NCBI GenBank assembly: GCA_010909165.1
Contig: VJWM01000173.1
Location: forward strand, 372,001-436,000
Direction: 5' to 3'
DNA: 64,000 nucleotides
Source: Anthoceros angustus
Lineage: Eukaryota > Plantae > Anthocerotophyta
Shown: positions 1 to 11,144 of the stretch, piece by piece
Position numbering within the stretch: position 1 is the first letter of the stretch
Layout of the letters: each line of letters starts with the position of its first letter
The notes under the pieces: model-generated
What the model was told of the DNA's origin: nothing
What the model saw: only the letters and a program-made list of their open reading frames with translations
Database searches by the model: none
Made by a program: the position numbers and the translations under genes

Positions 1-36
1 TCCCGATGCTTACATTGTTTCGATGCTTGCATTCAG

Positions 37-1493
37 AACGACCCTTGCCACGGAGACTACCAAGGATCAAGCAGCGGCTTACGACCTCTGGGAGCTTGAG
101 CAGCCCCTCACCTTAAACCTGGACGAAGATCTGGATCTCCAAGATAGAAGTGTGTCATCCTTCGCCTTCCCCTCGACACTCCCTCCCTCTTTCTCTTCTG
201 CGATTTGTGCTGCTGCTCATGGCCGTGTCTGGGCTGGTTTCATCATCTTCGACTCTCGTGTGTCTGTTGCAGACTGCTCCTCCGCCTCCCGACCAACCCT
301 CAACATCTTGCCATCCGGTCCTATCCGCTTTGACAATCTCACAAAGGTGATCACATTCTGCTCTCCCTTTTCCCTTAACTGCTTGTGCCTGCTGCAGTAT
401 GCAACGCAATGTTGCTGCCGCCGTCTCTGATGTGGGTGGGTGCTGCTCTGTCTGGCTTGTCCAGCACCAACAGCAGCCGTCCTCTCAGGTGACGTCTCCT
501 TCTGCAGCAAGCACGGATTCGCGATCGGCCCAGTACATCCCCTCACGGAGAGGCTTAGAATCCCCTTCAAGCCGCCGCTTCGAGCCTTGGGCTGATTCCC
601 GCATGGCGGACAATAGCCCACGCACCGACACCTCCACTGACCTGGAGGCTGATGTGAAGGTAGACAATTGGGTAAACGGTCTTGCTACCTCCTGGGTTCA
701 CCATTGCCATTGCCTAGTGTAGTGAAAGTACCCCGCGTTTCCTTCCCCTTCCTCTCTTTGCACCGCTATCTTCTCTCATTGCCTCGCTTTGGCGTGCTTC
801 AGCTGGAGGACGGACACCACGGAGGCCAGCAGGGCATGACCAATAACTCCGACCTCGAGGCCACAAAGCATGGAGACTCCAAAGTGAGTGCTGGGAAGCA
901 AACAATGTGATGCCTTCCATGACAAGAGCCTCCTTTGCCTGGACTGTTATCTCATTTTCTGCTTTGCCATTGTCCGTTTGCCCGCCTCTCTCTCTCAGGC
1001 TCTTAGGCGCTTAGCTCAAAATCGGGAAGCTGCACGGAAAAGCAGACTCCGAAAGAAGGTCCGGCCCTGCACTTGACCGATTCTGTCCTGCTGCTTTTGG
1101 CTACAAGGTTTTGGGTCTCCTGTCCTCATCATGAAGCTTGCGGGGTGATGTACAGCAATACGTGCAGCAGCTAGAATCCAGCCGGATCAAGTTGAATCAA
1201 CTGGAGCAAGAGCTTCAGCGTGCCAGACAACAGGTGAGTTAGTGGATGCATTTGGGTCGGCTAGGAACTCGTGGTGGGCTGCAACATGCCATGGCCAGAA
1301 GGACTGAACTGGCCATGCATCGCAAAATGAAAATGAAGCAGGGGCTGTACATTGGAGGGGGAGGCTATTCCGGAGAAGCGAATCATGTGCTGGGTGCAAA
1401 CGGCATCAACGGAGCTATCAACCCAGGTAAGTGCTCCTGTTTGTGTAAGGAGATGCAGGACATGCTTTGTCTGGACATTTGTCACAATGCAGT

Positions 1494-1562
<69 letters not shown>

Positions 1563-2473
1563 TCTCGTCTCTGGGCTTATAAAATCGAAGGTGGTGACAT
1601 CAGGTGCTGCGCAATTTGATATGGAGTACGCCCGGTGGGTGGAAGAGCAACATCGGCAGCTGTGCGAACTCAGGGCCGCCTTGCAGGCCCACGTGGCTGA
1701 CAACGAGCTCCGAGGCCTGGTGGAGAACGGCATGGCCCATTACGAGGAGATCTTCCGCCTCAAGAGCATTGCTGCAAAGGCTGATGTCTTCCACCTCGTC
1801 TCCGGCATGTGGAAGACGCCGGCGGAGAGATGCTTTCTGTGGATGGGAGGTTTCCGGCCTTCCGAGCTCCTCAAGGTGCATAATAACCCTTCCCACACTT
1901 CCGTGTAGCCAGCACCAGTGTCGTCTTCCTTTCTGTTTGCTTCAGCAGCCTCGGGTGCTGATGAACCCAAATCCCGCTGCTGCAGATCTTGATCCCCCAG
2001 CTGGAGCCGCTGACCGAGCAGCAGCTCCTCGGGATCTGCAACCTCCAGCAGTCGTCTCAGCAGGCCGAGGACACACTCTCCCAGGCTATGGAAGCTCTGC
2101 AGCAGTCCCTGGCCGACACCCTGGCCACGGGCTCCTTGGGCGGCTCGCCCAACGTGGCCAACTACATGGGCCAGATGGCCATCGCCATGGGCAAGCTCAG
2201 CACTCTTGAGAGCTTCGTCCGCCAGGTACGTGCTGTGCCGCCCACAATCTCCACCTCCTGATTCACCAACTTGGCAGCAACAACGATAAGAACGGCAATA
2301 TGAAATGTGCATTGTGCGATGTGCAGGCCGACAGCCTGCGGCAGCAGACGCTCCAGCATATGCACCGGATTCTGACCACCCGCCAAGCCGCCCGGGGGCT
2401 GCTGGCGATGGGCGACTACTTCGCCCGCCTTCGGGCTCTCAGCTCGCTGTGGTCAGCTCGCCCTAGAGATTGA
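37..2473 (+). CDS. TGA: TGA-family bZIP transcription factor (bZIP + DOG1-like domain), 5' end probably upstream of the window
   Basis: GT-AG exons 37-149, 273-346, 465-659, 803-883, 999-1058, 1156-1233, 1342-1426, 1604-1875, 1986-2225, 2327-2473 join in frame. Motifs: MADNSPRTDTSTD, LRRLAQNREAARKSRLRKK, YVQQLESSRIKL, WKTPAERCFLWMGGFRPSELLK, ARLRALSSLWSARPRD*. Confidence 0.95.
1492..1560 (+). repeat. (GTC)n microsatellite, about 23 units, in a TGA intron
   Basis: Direct reading; lies within intron 1427-1603. Confidence 0.98.
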
Positions 2474-3241
2474 CAGCAGCAGAGGGGCAATCTGGCTATA
2501 CACAAACTGAGTGGGTTACCTCAAGCTACTGACGGCCCTGAAGTGCTTCTAGCCACAGCTATGAACGATCCTGACGTGACGACCTCAGCCTGGTGCAGTT
2601 GGACATGGTTTCATCTGCCTGGACAGGGTTGATGAAGGGTTGTGAGGGTGGATGACAGGTCTACCAGTGCCAGGCTTTGGCTTGACGTCACTACCAGGCA
2701 GGCTGTGTCTTCTTCTTCTGTTTCCTCTCCTCGTGCTTTCCTCCTGCTGGGAACCCCAGCAGGAGGAAAGCAGGAGTCGATCTCCCTGTCACTCAACTAA
2801 TTCCTCCCGCCTGGGGGCTGGTAAGATATGGCCCATCGCCTGCGCAGTGTTACAACTGCTATGTCCTCATTTGATTGGAGGCTGGTTCCAGATTTGAGGT
2901 ATGTCATCACTTAGCGGATCGGCACTGGCACGGACCGGCCAGAGTAGCATGCCTGGTGATGGATGGACGATAGGGTATGTACAGCCATGGAAGACAAATG
3001 GATGACACTGCAGGATTCCTGCCACTTTGTCTTCTTCTTGTTCTTCCGCCTTGGTGATGGCTGCTTTGTAATTCATAGCATGTACATGATTCAGCAAGTT
3101 ATAAAGAGATGTTGTGCTTGCTCTTCTGTCAAATCCACCATGACTTCACCGCTCGTCAGCAGCAGAATCAAGCGTGCACAGAATCGAAAACATGAAAAAG
3201 AAGAGAACCCCCCCGGTTCCCTGATGCTGAATAGTGTCGTC

Positions 3242-3841
3242 CTACTGTATCCTACAACCGCCGCTCGTGCTTTCTCGATGCACATCACCGTAAGCAGTCA
3301 GCTCCACCATGTCTATGTCTCTGTCTGTGTGACACGAACTCTCAGAATTACATCCAAGCGCCGGAAACGACAGATGCTGGTGAGAAGAAGTACGGTGAGG
3401 AGGAAAGGGAAATGGAGATTGCTGACCTCTGAGCTTGCAGAAGGCGCTCTGCTGCACGAGCTCCGTGTTGGTGACATGGATGCGGTTGCCCTTGGCACGG
3501 TTTGCTGCTGCTTGCAGGACTTGGCAGTTGTCCAGAGTGCTGGGACCGCCCTTGGAGTAGGGCATCACGTGATCGAAGTCGTGGCAGAGGCAGCCGGAGC
3601 AACCCACCAACTTGCGGAAGACTAGATTGCCCAACGCGTCCCTCCTCCACCTACTTGGGTCCCGCCCGGGCACCACCTCCGCTTTTTCCCAGCACGCATC
3701 CTTCACTGCTGCTGGGAATGAGCGGGGACCCTGCTCGCCTTGCAACACCCACTCTTCCTGCTGCTCCTCGCGTGTCCTGCTGCTGCTCCCGGAAATCTCC
3801 TTTGCAAGAGCTCGGATAGCCCGCCCGCCTCCTCGCACCAT
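3242..3841 (-). CDS. Plant HNH endonuclease domain protein
   Basis: CWEKAEVVPGRDPSRWRRDALGN...CSGCLCHDFDHVMPYSKGG...NCQVLQAAANRAKGN. ATG at 3841. One 102-nt stop-free GT-AG intron (3325-3426) gives ...KLRDRDIDMVELTAYGDV. Confidence 0.9.
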   Translation of the reverse strand: MVRGGGRAIRALAKEISGSSSRTREEQQEEWVLQGEQGPRSFPAAVKDACWEKAEVVPGRDPSRWRRDALGNLVFRKLVGCSGCLCHDFDHVMPYSKGGPSTLDNCQVLQAAANRAKGNRIHVTNTELVQQSAFCKLRGQQSPFPFPPHRTSSHQHLSFPALGCNSESSCHTDRDIDMVELTAYGDVHRESTSGGCRIQ

Positions 3842-3985
3842 TTCCCTTTCGCTTAAACCCCAACCAAGTAGGAACGGAAGCAACCAACCCAAACCCAACA
3901 CTGCAGGCAAAGGCGGAGGCAGATTCTTGTGATCAGGAATGCGACATTGCGCTGACCGTTGCTGCTGTAGCGGTATCCATGTGGT

Positions 3986-5809
3986 ATGGTGAGGGGATTA
4001 GATTTGGGGAAGTATTTGTCGCTGCAGAGGGGCCTCACCAGGCACAGCAGACTGAGGTGGTCCCACTCACAGCCTGCTCGGCCCAATGGACAGCTGCAGT
4101 CAGCTGGCGTTGGTGGATGCTACTGGCGAGGGATTGCCACTGCAACTGATGAGATTGAGAAGACTGACACGTCTGGGAGGTCAGATTCTACTGCCGCCCC
4201 ATCGCCCAACTCTTTTTCATAGTGCTTTTCTCGTCGATATGATGTGCACATTTGTGTTGCCGCTTAGGCTGTGGCTCTGGAGCCTGCTTTGACGGGCCCC
4301 TCATATTGCAGGGTGGTAGGCTATGAAGCAGAATTTCATGTTGGAGAAGGGCAGCTTAGTGAGGCTGTTGAGGCACTGGCCATCTGGGTGCAGGGAGGGT
4401 TTTATGTACCAGTTTCTTTCTTCTATCAGGTCCTCAAGAGTTGCATCGCAAAGAAGAGCCTGGTTGTTGGCAGGGGGCTACATGATGTAGCCCTCAAGAG
4501 TGGATATGAGGCAGACCGATTCTTAGCGAACAATTTGATTCGCATGTATGCATCGCATGGGATGTTGGATGAAGTTTCAAACGTGTTTGCGAAGTTGGTT
4601 GCTCCGAATTCGTATTCCTGGTCCGCACTCATCTTGGCTCACGCGGAACATGAACAACCCATGCAGGCTATCCAACTGTATTGGCAGATGCGGCAGTCCA
4701 CTATGATGCTAGATAATTTCTTGTTCGCGGCTGTGCTCAAAGCGTGTGCAACTGCAGCAGATTTGACATCAGGCAGGCTTGTCCATGCCGATGTGTTGAT
4801 GAGTCTGATCGAGCCAGACTCTTATGTGGGCAACTCACTTGTAGACATGTATGCAAGGTGTGGGAGCTTGGATGATGCCCGCAAGGTATTTGACAATCTG
4901 GCCAGGAGAGACGTGGTGACATGGACCGTCATGGTTGCAGGTTATGCTGACAATGGGCTCGGGCAGGAGGCTCTTACTCTGTATGCAAGAATGCAGCAGG
5001 AGGGAGTCACTCCTGCTGATCGTGTGACTTTCTTGTGCCTCCTCAAGGCATGTTCCAGCGTTGGAGCTTTGCTCCAGGGGAAACAGCTTCATTCCCAAAT
5101 TCGAGAACGAGGATTGGGAACTGATGTGGTTGTCTGTAATCGCCTCATAGACATGTATGCAAAGTGTGGGAGCTTAGAAGATGCCCAGGAGGTGTTTGAC
5201 AAGCTAGCCACACGAGACGTGGTGACATGGACTGCCATGCTCGCAGGATATGCCCAGCATGGGCTAGGGCAGAAGGCCGTCCAATGTTTTGACAACATGA
5301 AGCTGGAGGGTGTGGAGCCAAATGGAGTCACATTTCTGTCTCTGTTCATAGCTTGCAGTCATGCTGGGCTGGTAGACGAGGGATTCGAGTACTTCCAATC
5401 CATGAGCACAGAGTATGGTATAGCTCCCAAGATTGAGCACTACGTCAGTATCATAGATCTCTTTGGGCGTGCAGGACGCTTCACAAAAGTCCAGGAGTTG
5501 TTGTCGAAAATGCCAATGCTGCCTGATCTAGCCACGTGGGTGACTGTTCTGGGTGCCTGTCGGAAGCATGGGAACGTAGTGCTGGGAGAACGTGCGTTTG
5601 CTTGTGCAGTGCGTCTAGAGCCGAAGCATGCTGCCGCATACATGCTCATGTCACACATCTATGCCGATGCTGGGCTTGAGGAGGAAGCGAAGAAAGTGGA
5701 TGGATTGAGAAAAAAGGAAGGTGCCTGCAAGGAGGATGGCCGGAGCTGGATCGAGCATGGTCAGGAAGCTCACACGTTCTACCGAAACATGGAACCATTG
5801 CAACAGTGA
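3986..5809 (+). CDS. PLS-class pentatricopeptide repeat protein with E domain, no DYW (organellar RNA-editing factor type)
   Basis: join(3986-4179,4312-5809) is in frame. Repeated DVVTW..M..GYA / LIDMYAKCGSLEDA motifs; E motifs (LGACRKHGNV, AAAYMLMSHIYA); ends just after a PG-box-like GRSWIE. Arg/Ser-rich N-terminus resembles an organellar transit peptide. Confidence 0.92.
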
Positions 5810-6301
5810 TGAGACACGAGGTGATGTAGGAGGGAGAGTATGTTTCCTCATTTCCTTGAAACATACACATGCAATCAAACTGGCTATGGAATCAGCTGGT
5901 GCCTCCTAAAAAGTACTTCTCCTGGCAAGAACTGCAATTCATAGTCTGTCCACTTCAAACAAATATTGTTTTAGAGAAAGAATTTTTACACGGACTTGTG
6001 GAAGGTGCGAAAGACTTGGGACACCCAAAAGTTTCACTACGTATCTACCAAGGGACTCGATGACACACGCAGCCTTTGATTGAGGCATCGAGTCCGGAAT
6101 TCCAAAACCCCCATCTAATCCCCCTGAGCTCGGCAACGCCAATATAGTTACATAGGCCGCAAGTGAACACTAGTCCTCACCTAAGGATGGTCTAGAGCAG
6201 TAGCAGCCATCGCAATACCACGGTGTGCGCAAAGTCCGTGAAACAAGGCACATTCCCTGCTGCTCCTTTTATTTCGTCACCAGCAGCCAAGGCAGCTGCA
6301 G

Positions 6302-8443
6302 TTAGTCATCCTCGTCCAGGGAGAAATCTGGTTCATCGGGCTTGGCCAGAGTAGGGAGGTGAGGTGAGAGCTCAGCTGCACGCATGCTGCGCAGCCTTTG
6401 AACACCCCTCATGCCCTTAGCAGCGAAACGGGAGGCCAACATGGCAGCACCCATGCTGCTTGTTTGGATAGAGCCAAGCATTGCTTCTTGCAAATAAGCT
6501 TCCTCTTCCTGCCGTCGCATGGTGGCAAGTCGGCGTCTCTGGTATCGTCTCCAAGCTGCCTGGATGAAGCAAGCAGCCCAGGTCCTCCACTGGTGGGAGT
6601 AGTACCTGAACGTTAGTTGCAACTGCTTACTGTGCAGCCTCCTAAACTGGCCTGCCACAATCTTCAAGTCCTCTGCATGCAGAGCAAACGCCTCCACCTC
6701 CACCATGGCTTCGACTGTCCGGGTGGAGGATGGTAAGGTTTTGCTGGGCTTAGGATCCAGAGCCCATGTCAAAAGTTCTTCTCCACAGAAACTCCCTGGG
6801 TTCAGCTTACCCACATTGAGGAAACCAGTTCTCCCTCCGTTCGTGGTTGAGCTCTCCAGATGACCTCTGATGATGAAGAGCATGCTGTGCACGGGATCCC
6901 CCTCTCTCACAACGTAAGTGCCCTCTGTGTAGAGGGCAGGCTTGAGCCTCTCGCACATAGCATCCAGCAGCTGTTTGTCCATTTGGTCAAACAGAGGCAC
7001 CCGCCTGACCAGGTCATAGCACAGATGCCTCTTGATGTCGCGACGAAGATCTAAAGGCAAGCTGTTCACAAGCACATCCTCATCAACTCCCCTGGTTGCC
7101 AACCACTTGTACTGGTCATATCTGCGAACACGATCACGAAGCTCCATGGGCAGCTGTCTGTGCCGCATCCACTGCTCGGTATCCCTCCGTTTCACCCTCA
7201 TCTCTTCCAGTCTCACAGTCAAGGACTGAAGGTAAGTTTGCATATTTCCGATCAAAAGGGCAAACAGGAGCAGGCCAGAGATCCCAATGGCGATGGCGAA
7301 CATAATCTCCCCCACGAAAGTGCTGGTTACTAGGTTCTGCCCCAATGCACTCAAGTTCCTCAAGCCCCACCAAAGACAGAAGATGTACTTCTGCAAAAAG
7401 TTGGTATTCGTGTTGATCTGGTTCGTCAGCGCGTCTGCATAGATGCCAAAATTGAAGGTACCAGATCCATCGCAAAGCGTGGTAACGTTGGTGCTACTGA
7501 ACCACCTCTGCCTGTCAGCATCATTCCTGCTTGAACAATCCAAGTACGCAACCTTGCACCCGGTGGTGTTTGCCTGATCCCGGCACTCCCTCCGCCAGCA
7601 TGTGTCCTGTCTCTCGATAGCCAGCAGATACCAACAGGCCCCAATCACATGGCTCGCCAGAATGTAGAGCAACAAATTGTAAGCAGCTCCTGCCCAAGCG
7701 GTCTTCATCACCACCCCCGTAGTCCTGACGAGCTGTGCACTAAGGGGATACAGTCGGAACAACCTCGGAAGATACTGACAGAAGACAATAAACCGCAAAG
7801 CATTCTTGGTGTTGTCTGCAGTGGTCCCCTTCATCGCCGGGATCACGATCCATATCACCACCTGCGGCAGCGGCAACACAGCAAGCAAGTCCAGCCAAAA
7901 ATCCCTAGTCAGGTACCGCCGGGCAATCTGCTGCGAATCCACCACCAGTTCTCCCCTCCCGAACACTCTCGAAGAAGGAGCTATAAACGCAGTCCGGAAC
8001 TGCAGAAACATATGGAACAGGTAGAGCGAGTCGGTGATGGTCCGCAGCACCGTAATCACAATAGCCAGCTTGTGTTGGATACGAATGCACGATCCATCAT
8101 CCGACACGACAGGAAGGAAGAAGAAGAGAGGATCGATAAACACAGCACACAGAGTGGAGACCAGAAACAAACGGTTCCAATTCTGCACGATGCTGCTCCG
8201 GGGGTCCAAAATCCTGGCCTTGGCTGCATCGTGATCCTCGGCAAAAACCCTGGACACACTATGCCGCACCGAGAGCCCGAGGTTCCACAGCCTCCTGGAG
8301 CTCCTGAGCCAGCCACTCCTGACGGAGCTGCCAGGGGACCATCCCATGAACCTCCCGGTCTGATCCCTGCCGAACGACCTCTCGGATTCGATATCACTCT
8401 GCTCGTTCTGAAACCTCACAAACTTTTTGTTCTCAGCTCCCAT
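6302..8443 (-). CDS. CNGC: Cyclic nucleotide-gated cation channel, intronless
   Basis: Single ORF with likely ATG at 8443 (MGAENKKFVRF). Six-TM region, pore WWGLRNLSALGQNL, CNBD (FCGEELLTWAL, LPSSTRTV), IQ motif FIQAAWRRY, C-terminal KPDEPDF. Confidence 0.96.
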   Translation of the reverse strand: MGAENKKFVRFQNEQSDIESERSFGRDQTGRFMGWSPGSSVRSGWLRSSRRLWNLGLSVRHSVSRVFAEDHDAAKARILDPRSSIVQNWNRLFLVSTLCAVFIDPLFFFLPVVSDDGSCIRIQHKLAIVITVLRTITDSLYLFHMFLQFRTAFIAPSSRVFGRGELVVDSQQIARRYLTRDFWLDLLAVLPLPQVVIWIVIPAMKGTTADNTKNALRFIVFCQYLPRLFRLYPLSAQLVRTTGVVMKTAWAGAAYNLLLYILASHVIGACWYLLAIERQDTCWRRECRDQANTTGCKVAYLDCSSRNDADRQRWFSSTNVTTLCDGSGTFNFGIYADALTNQINTNTNFLQKYIFCLWWGLRNLSALGQNLVTSTFVGEIMFAIAIGISGLLLFALLIGNMQTYLQSLTVRLEEMRVKRRDTEQWMRHRQLPMELRDRVRRYDQYKWLATRGVDEDVLVNSLPLDLRRDIKRHLCYDLVRRVPLFDQMDKQLLDAMCERLKPALYTEGTYVVREGDPVHSMLFIIRGHLESSTTNGGRTGFLNVGKLNPGSFCGEELLTWALDPKPSKTLPSSTRTVEAMVEVEAFALHAEDLKIVAGQFRRLHSKQLQLTFRYYSHQWRTWAACFIQAAWRRYQRRRLATMRRQEEEAYLQEAMLGSIQTSSMGAAMLASRFAAKGMRGVQRLRSMRAAELSPHLPTLAKPDEPDFSLDEDD

Positions 8444-8944
8444 TGTCTGCACAGTAGCCCGGACAGGAGCAGCACAACCATGGATCTGACCCTGAATTGC
8501 CGACCTTGTGCACCTACATTGCAAGATCCCCAGCCGCCACCCGCTCCGAGGAAGGAAACGCCGGCAGCTGAGCCCAGCTCCCCCTCATTAGGGCTCTGGC
8601 AGGGACTACACCGCCCCCTGATGACTTGCAAGCTCTCCGTGGACTGCCACAGCTACGATCAATTCGGAGCTGCCAGAAGAGAGAGAACCGAGTCCAGATG
8701 TATCTCCTCCTCCCCATGTCGCACCTGCGTACTGTACCTGCCTCCGATGCAGTCTCGACCCTGTACATTCGTGTCGTGTTTACACTGCGCGCCGGAGTTC
8801 GCCTCGACCTCCCCGCTAATTAGCTATGGACACATGTTTATTCCTAGTTAGTTAGGTAGTGTGCTAGTTTTATGTATTATGATTGTAACATACCCTAGGT
8901 AGTAAAAATATGAAAAAATAGAAAGTGAAATGAGAGGTTTTATG

Positions 8945-9790
8945 TCCTCTAGGCATGTGCCCACCACTGCATCCCTCACCAACCCTCGCTCAACCATTTT
9001 GTGAGCGCAGCTCCCTGCCCTTGAGGAAGGCGCGAGTGCCTGCACGGGTCTACAGAAGGCACGCAAAAGTACAATGGACAGTCAAAATGAGGCCCACCTC
9101 CTCCATTTGACCAGACACAGCAAGCGCCTCCTGTCCGGGCATATCCAGGTATCCTGTAATCCTTACCATGCTGTTGCCCGGGACGCCAGGCTAAAGTACC
9201 TTTGTCAGCGGAGAGTAACCCTCGATTCTATGTTATTGTAGGCCTTTGTGTGGCTCCAACTCTTCCATATTGCCTCTTATGTAAGAGATTCCTATCCTTC
9301 ACCAGTCCGTGAGTGCAGCTGCCTTGTTTGTGCCGGCTTTCGGAAGGAAGCAAAAAGTAGCACGGCTAGTCAAACAGCAGGCCCTCCTCAGCCGACGGCA
9401 AATGCACAAGCTTCATGGACAGCAGCTGCATTTTGCATACATGTCCACCAGGCAGTTGCCCAACACTATGTTATCCTCCTCTTTTGAGAGTCTGTGAGTG
9501 CAGCTGCCTCCCCTTTAGGGTTGAGCAACTGCCTTTGCTCCTAACCCTGTTTTCTTTCACGTCTGCGTCAAATCTGCACATGCTTGAAGGGCTCCTATGT
9601 GCATCTTCCAGTTGCCCCGCATTTTGCATACATGGTGGCCACCGGGTAGGTGCCCACCACCAGTACGTTATCCAGCAGCCCTTTTTCAACAATCAGTGAG
9701 TATAGCTGGACGATGCTTAAGCCCTTGCTGGGCAAAACCAGCTATCAGGGCAATCCAGGTCACCAGATTTGTTTGCGTTCATGCTCACAA
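8945..9790 (-). pseudogene. Decayed PLS-PPR gene
   Basis: Frameshifted minus-strand fragments: WIALIAGFAQQGL, ATMYAKCG-QLEDA, KGRQLHSQ, LGNCLVDMYAKC, GQEALAVSGQMEEVG, MVERGLVRDAVVGTCL. Confidence 0.8.
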
Positions 9791-9871
9791 AACCCTGTCA
9801 TGCGTCTATCGGTTCACCACAATTGCATGCCCAGCGATCAGCGCCGTCCATGTCATGGCATTGTCATACAA

Positions 9872-10010
9872 AGAGTTCAGAGGAGGTTTCCGAATTGGAT
9901 CCAAACTCTTGCGGCCTGCTATGGTGAAGGTATCAGCGGGTCCAGGGCCATCCAAGTCAACCCCACCCCCTGCCCTTGCGGCAGAGCCGGCCGACAAAGA
10001 AGTAGAGTCT
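9872..10010 (+). pseudogene. Isolated C-terminal fragment of plastid-type GrpE (Hsp70 nucleotide-exchange factor)
   Basis: EFRGGFRIGSKLLRPAMVKVSAGPGP matches the GrpE C-terminal motif; no upstream GrpE exons are visible. Confidence 0.75.
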
Positions 10011-10510
10011 TGGAAATTTTGGAGTCTCAGGACGTAGCCGAGAGGTTTTCAATTGTGGCAGGTGTTTTTGTTCGTCAATCCCAAGTGCAAAAGTTATTTT
10101 CACAACAGGCCTATAGGTACCCTGTAAGCTGACATTGGACAGCGCTGTTCAAGATTATCTGTCGCGCTCTTTGACCTATCATAATGTACGCTAGGCATGT
10201 GACATGGACTCCCAAATGTTGCAAATGTCTATAGTTCTTACCTCTCATTTATTTTAAGTACTTGGTTGGAAGACATCAGAGTGAGATATTGGTGGATGTA
10301 ATAAGGATATAATTAAAATAGAAAAAAAAGAGGAGGAAAAAGATAATAAAAACAGAGCAGGCGTGATAAGTAATGGAGGGAATGGGATAAGTATGAAAGT
10401 GGATAAGTATGAGAGAAAACTCAAGATAATTAGAATACGGCATGCAGGCCATGAGTCGGGGAGCTTGATGTATATGTGGAAGAGACCACGAGTGTGAGGC
10501 TGTTCAGTTA

Positions 10511-10605
10511 GAATTTGAAATAGGAAGTCTTTGGTTTTAAGTCAGGTGTTTTAGTGGGAATTTGAAATAGGAAGTCTTTGGTTTTAAGTCAGGTGTTTCA
10601 GTGGG
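10511..10605 (+). repeat. ~47-bp direct tandem repeat x2
   Basis: gaatttgaaataggaagtctttggttttaagtcaggtgttt occurs twice in succession. Confidence 0.9.
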
Positions 10606-10759
10606 CCTCGGCGCACACAAATTGGAAACACCTTGACTGAGTATTCCATTTGAAGATGATATTTAATCATTTATGAATGTGGGATCGTATTCTCATGCGC
10701 ATAGCATTACAGAATCATGAGAAGTGGATCATTCCCTTATAAGTTTGAGGAACCAAGAC

Positions 10760-10887
10760 TAGTTCATCATTTTACTCCAAGCTTTACCAAGCTTTGAGCA
10801 GCACCGAGCCCTATTTTAATTTGGTGTTCTTGCCATGACTGTTCTACAAAGTACATTTGGAAGTTTGGTCCACATTGCAGGGTCCAT
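10760..10887 (-). pseudogene. F-box domain remnant
   Basis: MDPAMWTKLPNVLCRTVMARTPN*NRARCCSKLGKAW fits the plant F-box W..LP..L...V.A..P....R....K.W pattern, with an in-frame stop. A ~90-bp tandem duplication lies just upstream (10941-11113). Confidence 0.55.
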
Positions 10888-11144
10888 GTTTATGGTCTTG
10901 TCATTGTCATGATTACATAGTTGGACTTTAAGAACATAGAGCACCATTGCGACGACCTTCTTAATTTTTTGTTCTTTAATAATATTATTTATGGTGAAAG
11001 ATTGAAAGTCTTTGGCCTCTTGCATTTAATTTGCACCATTGACCTTCTTAATTTTTTGTTCTTTAATAATATTATTTATGGTGAAAGATTGAAAGTCTTG
11101 GGCCTCTTGCATTCAATTAAAAGCTAGTTGTGTAGCTTATATTA

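Noticed and set aside
1246-1908. 220-aa ORF with poly-Val (and poly-Ser/Thr in other frames)
   Set aside because: Read-through of a TGA intron containing the (GTC)n microsatellite.
3242-3841. HNH gene as a mobile homing or defence nuclease
   Set aside because: It has a spliceosomal intron and matches the conserved plant HNH family; no mobility signatures.
5810-5910. Possible DYW remnant after the first PPR (EGEYVS, HAIKLAM)
   Set aside because: Similarity too weak to distinguish from chance.
7649-8851. 400-aa plus-strand ORF antisense to CNGC
   Set aside because: Codon-bias shadow of the real gene; no recognisable domain.
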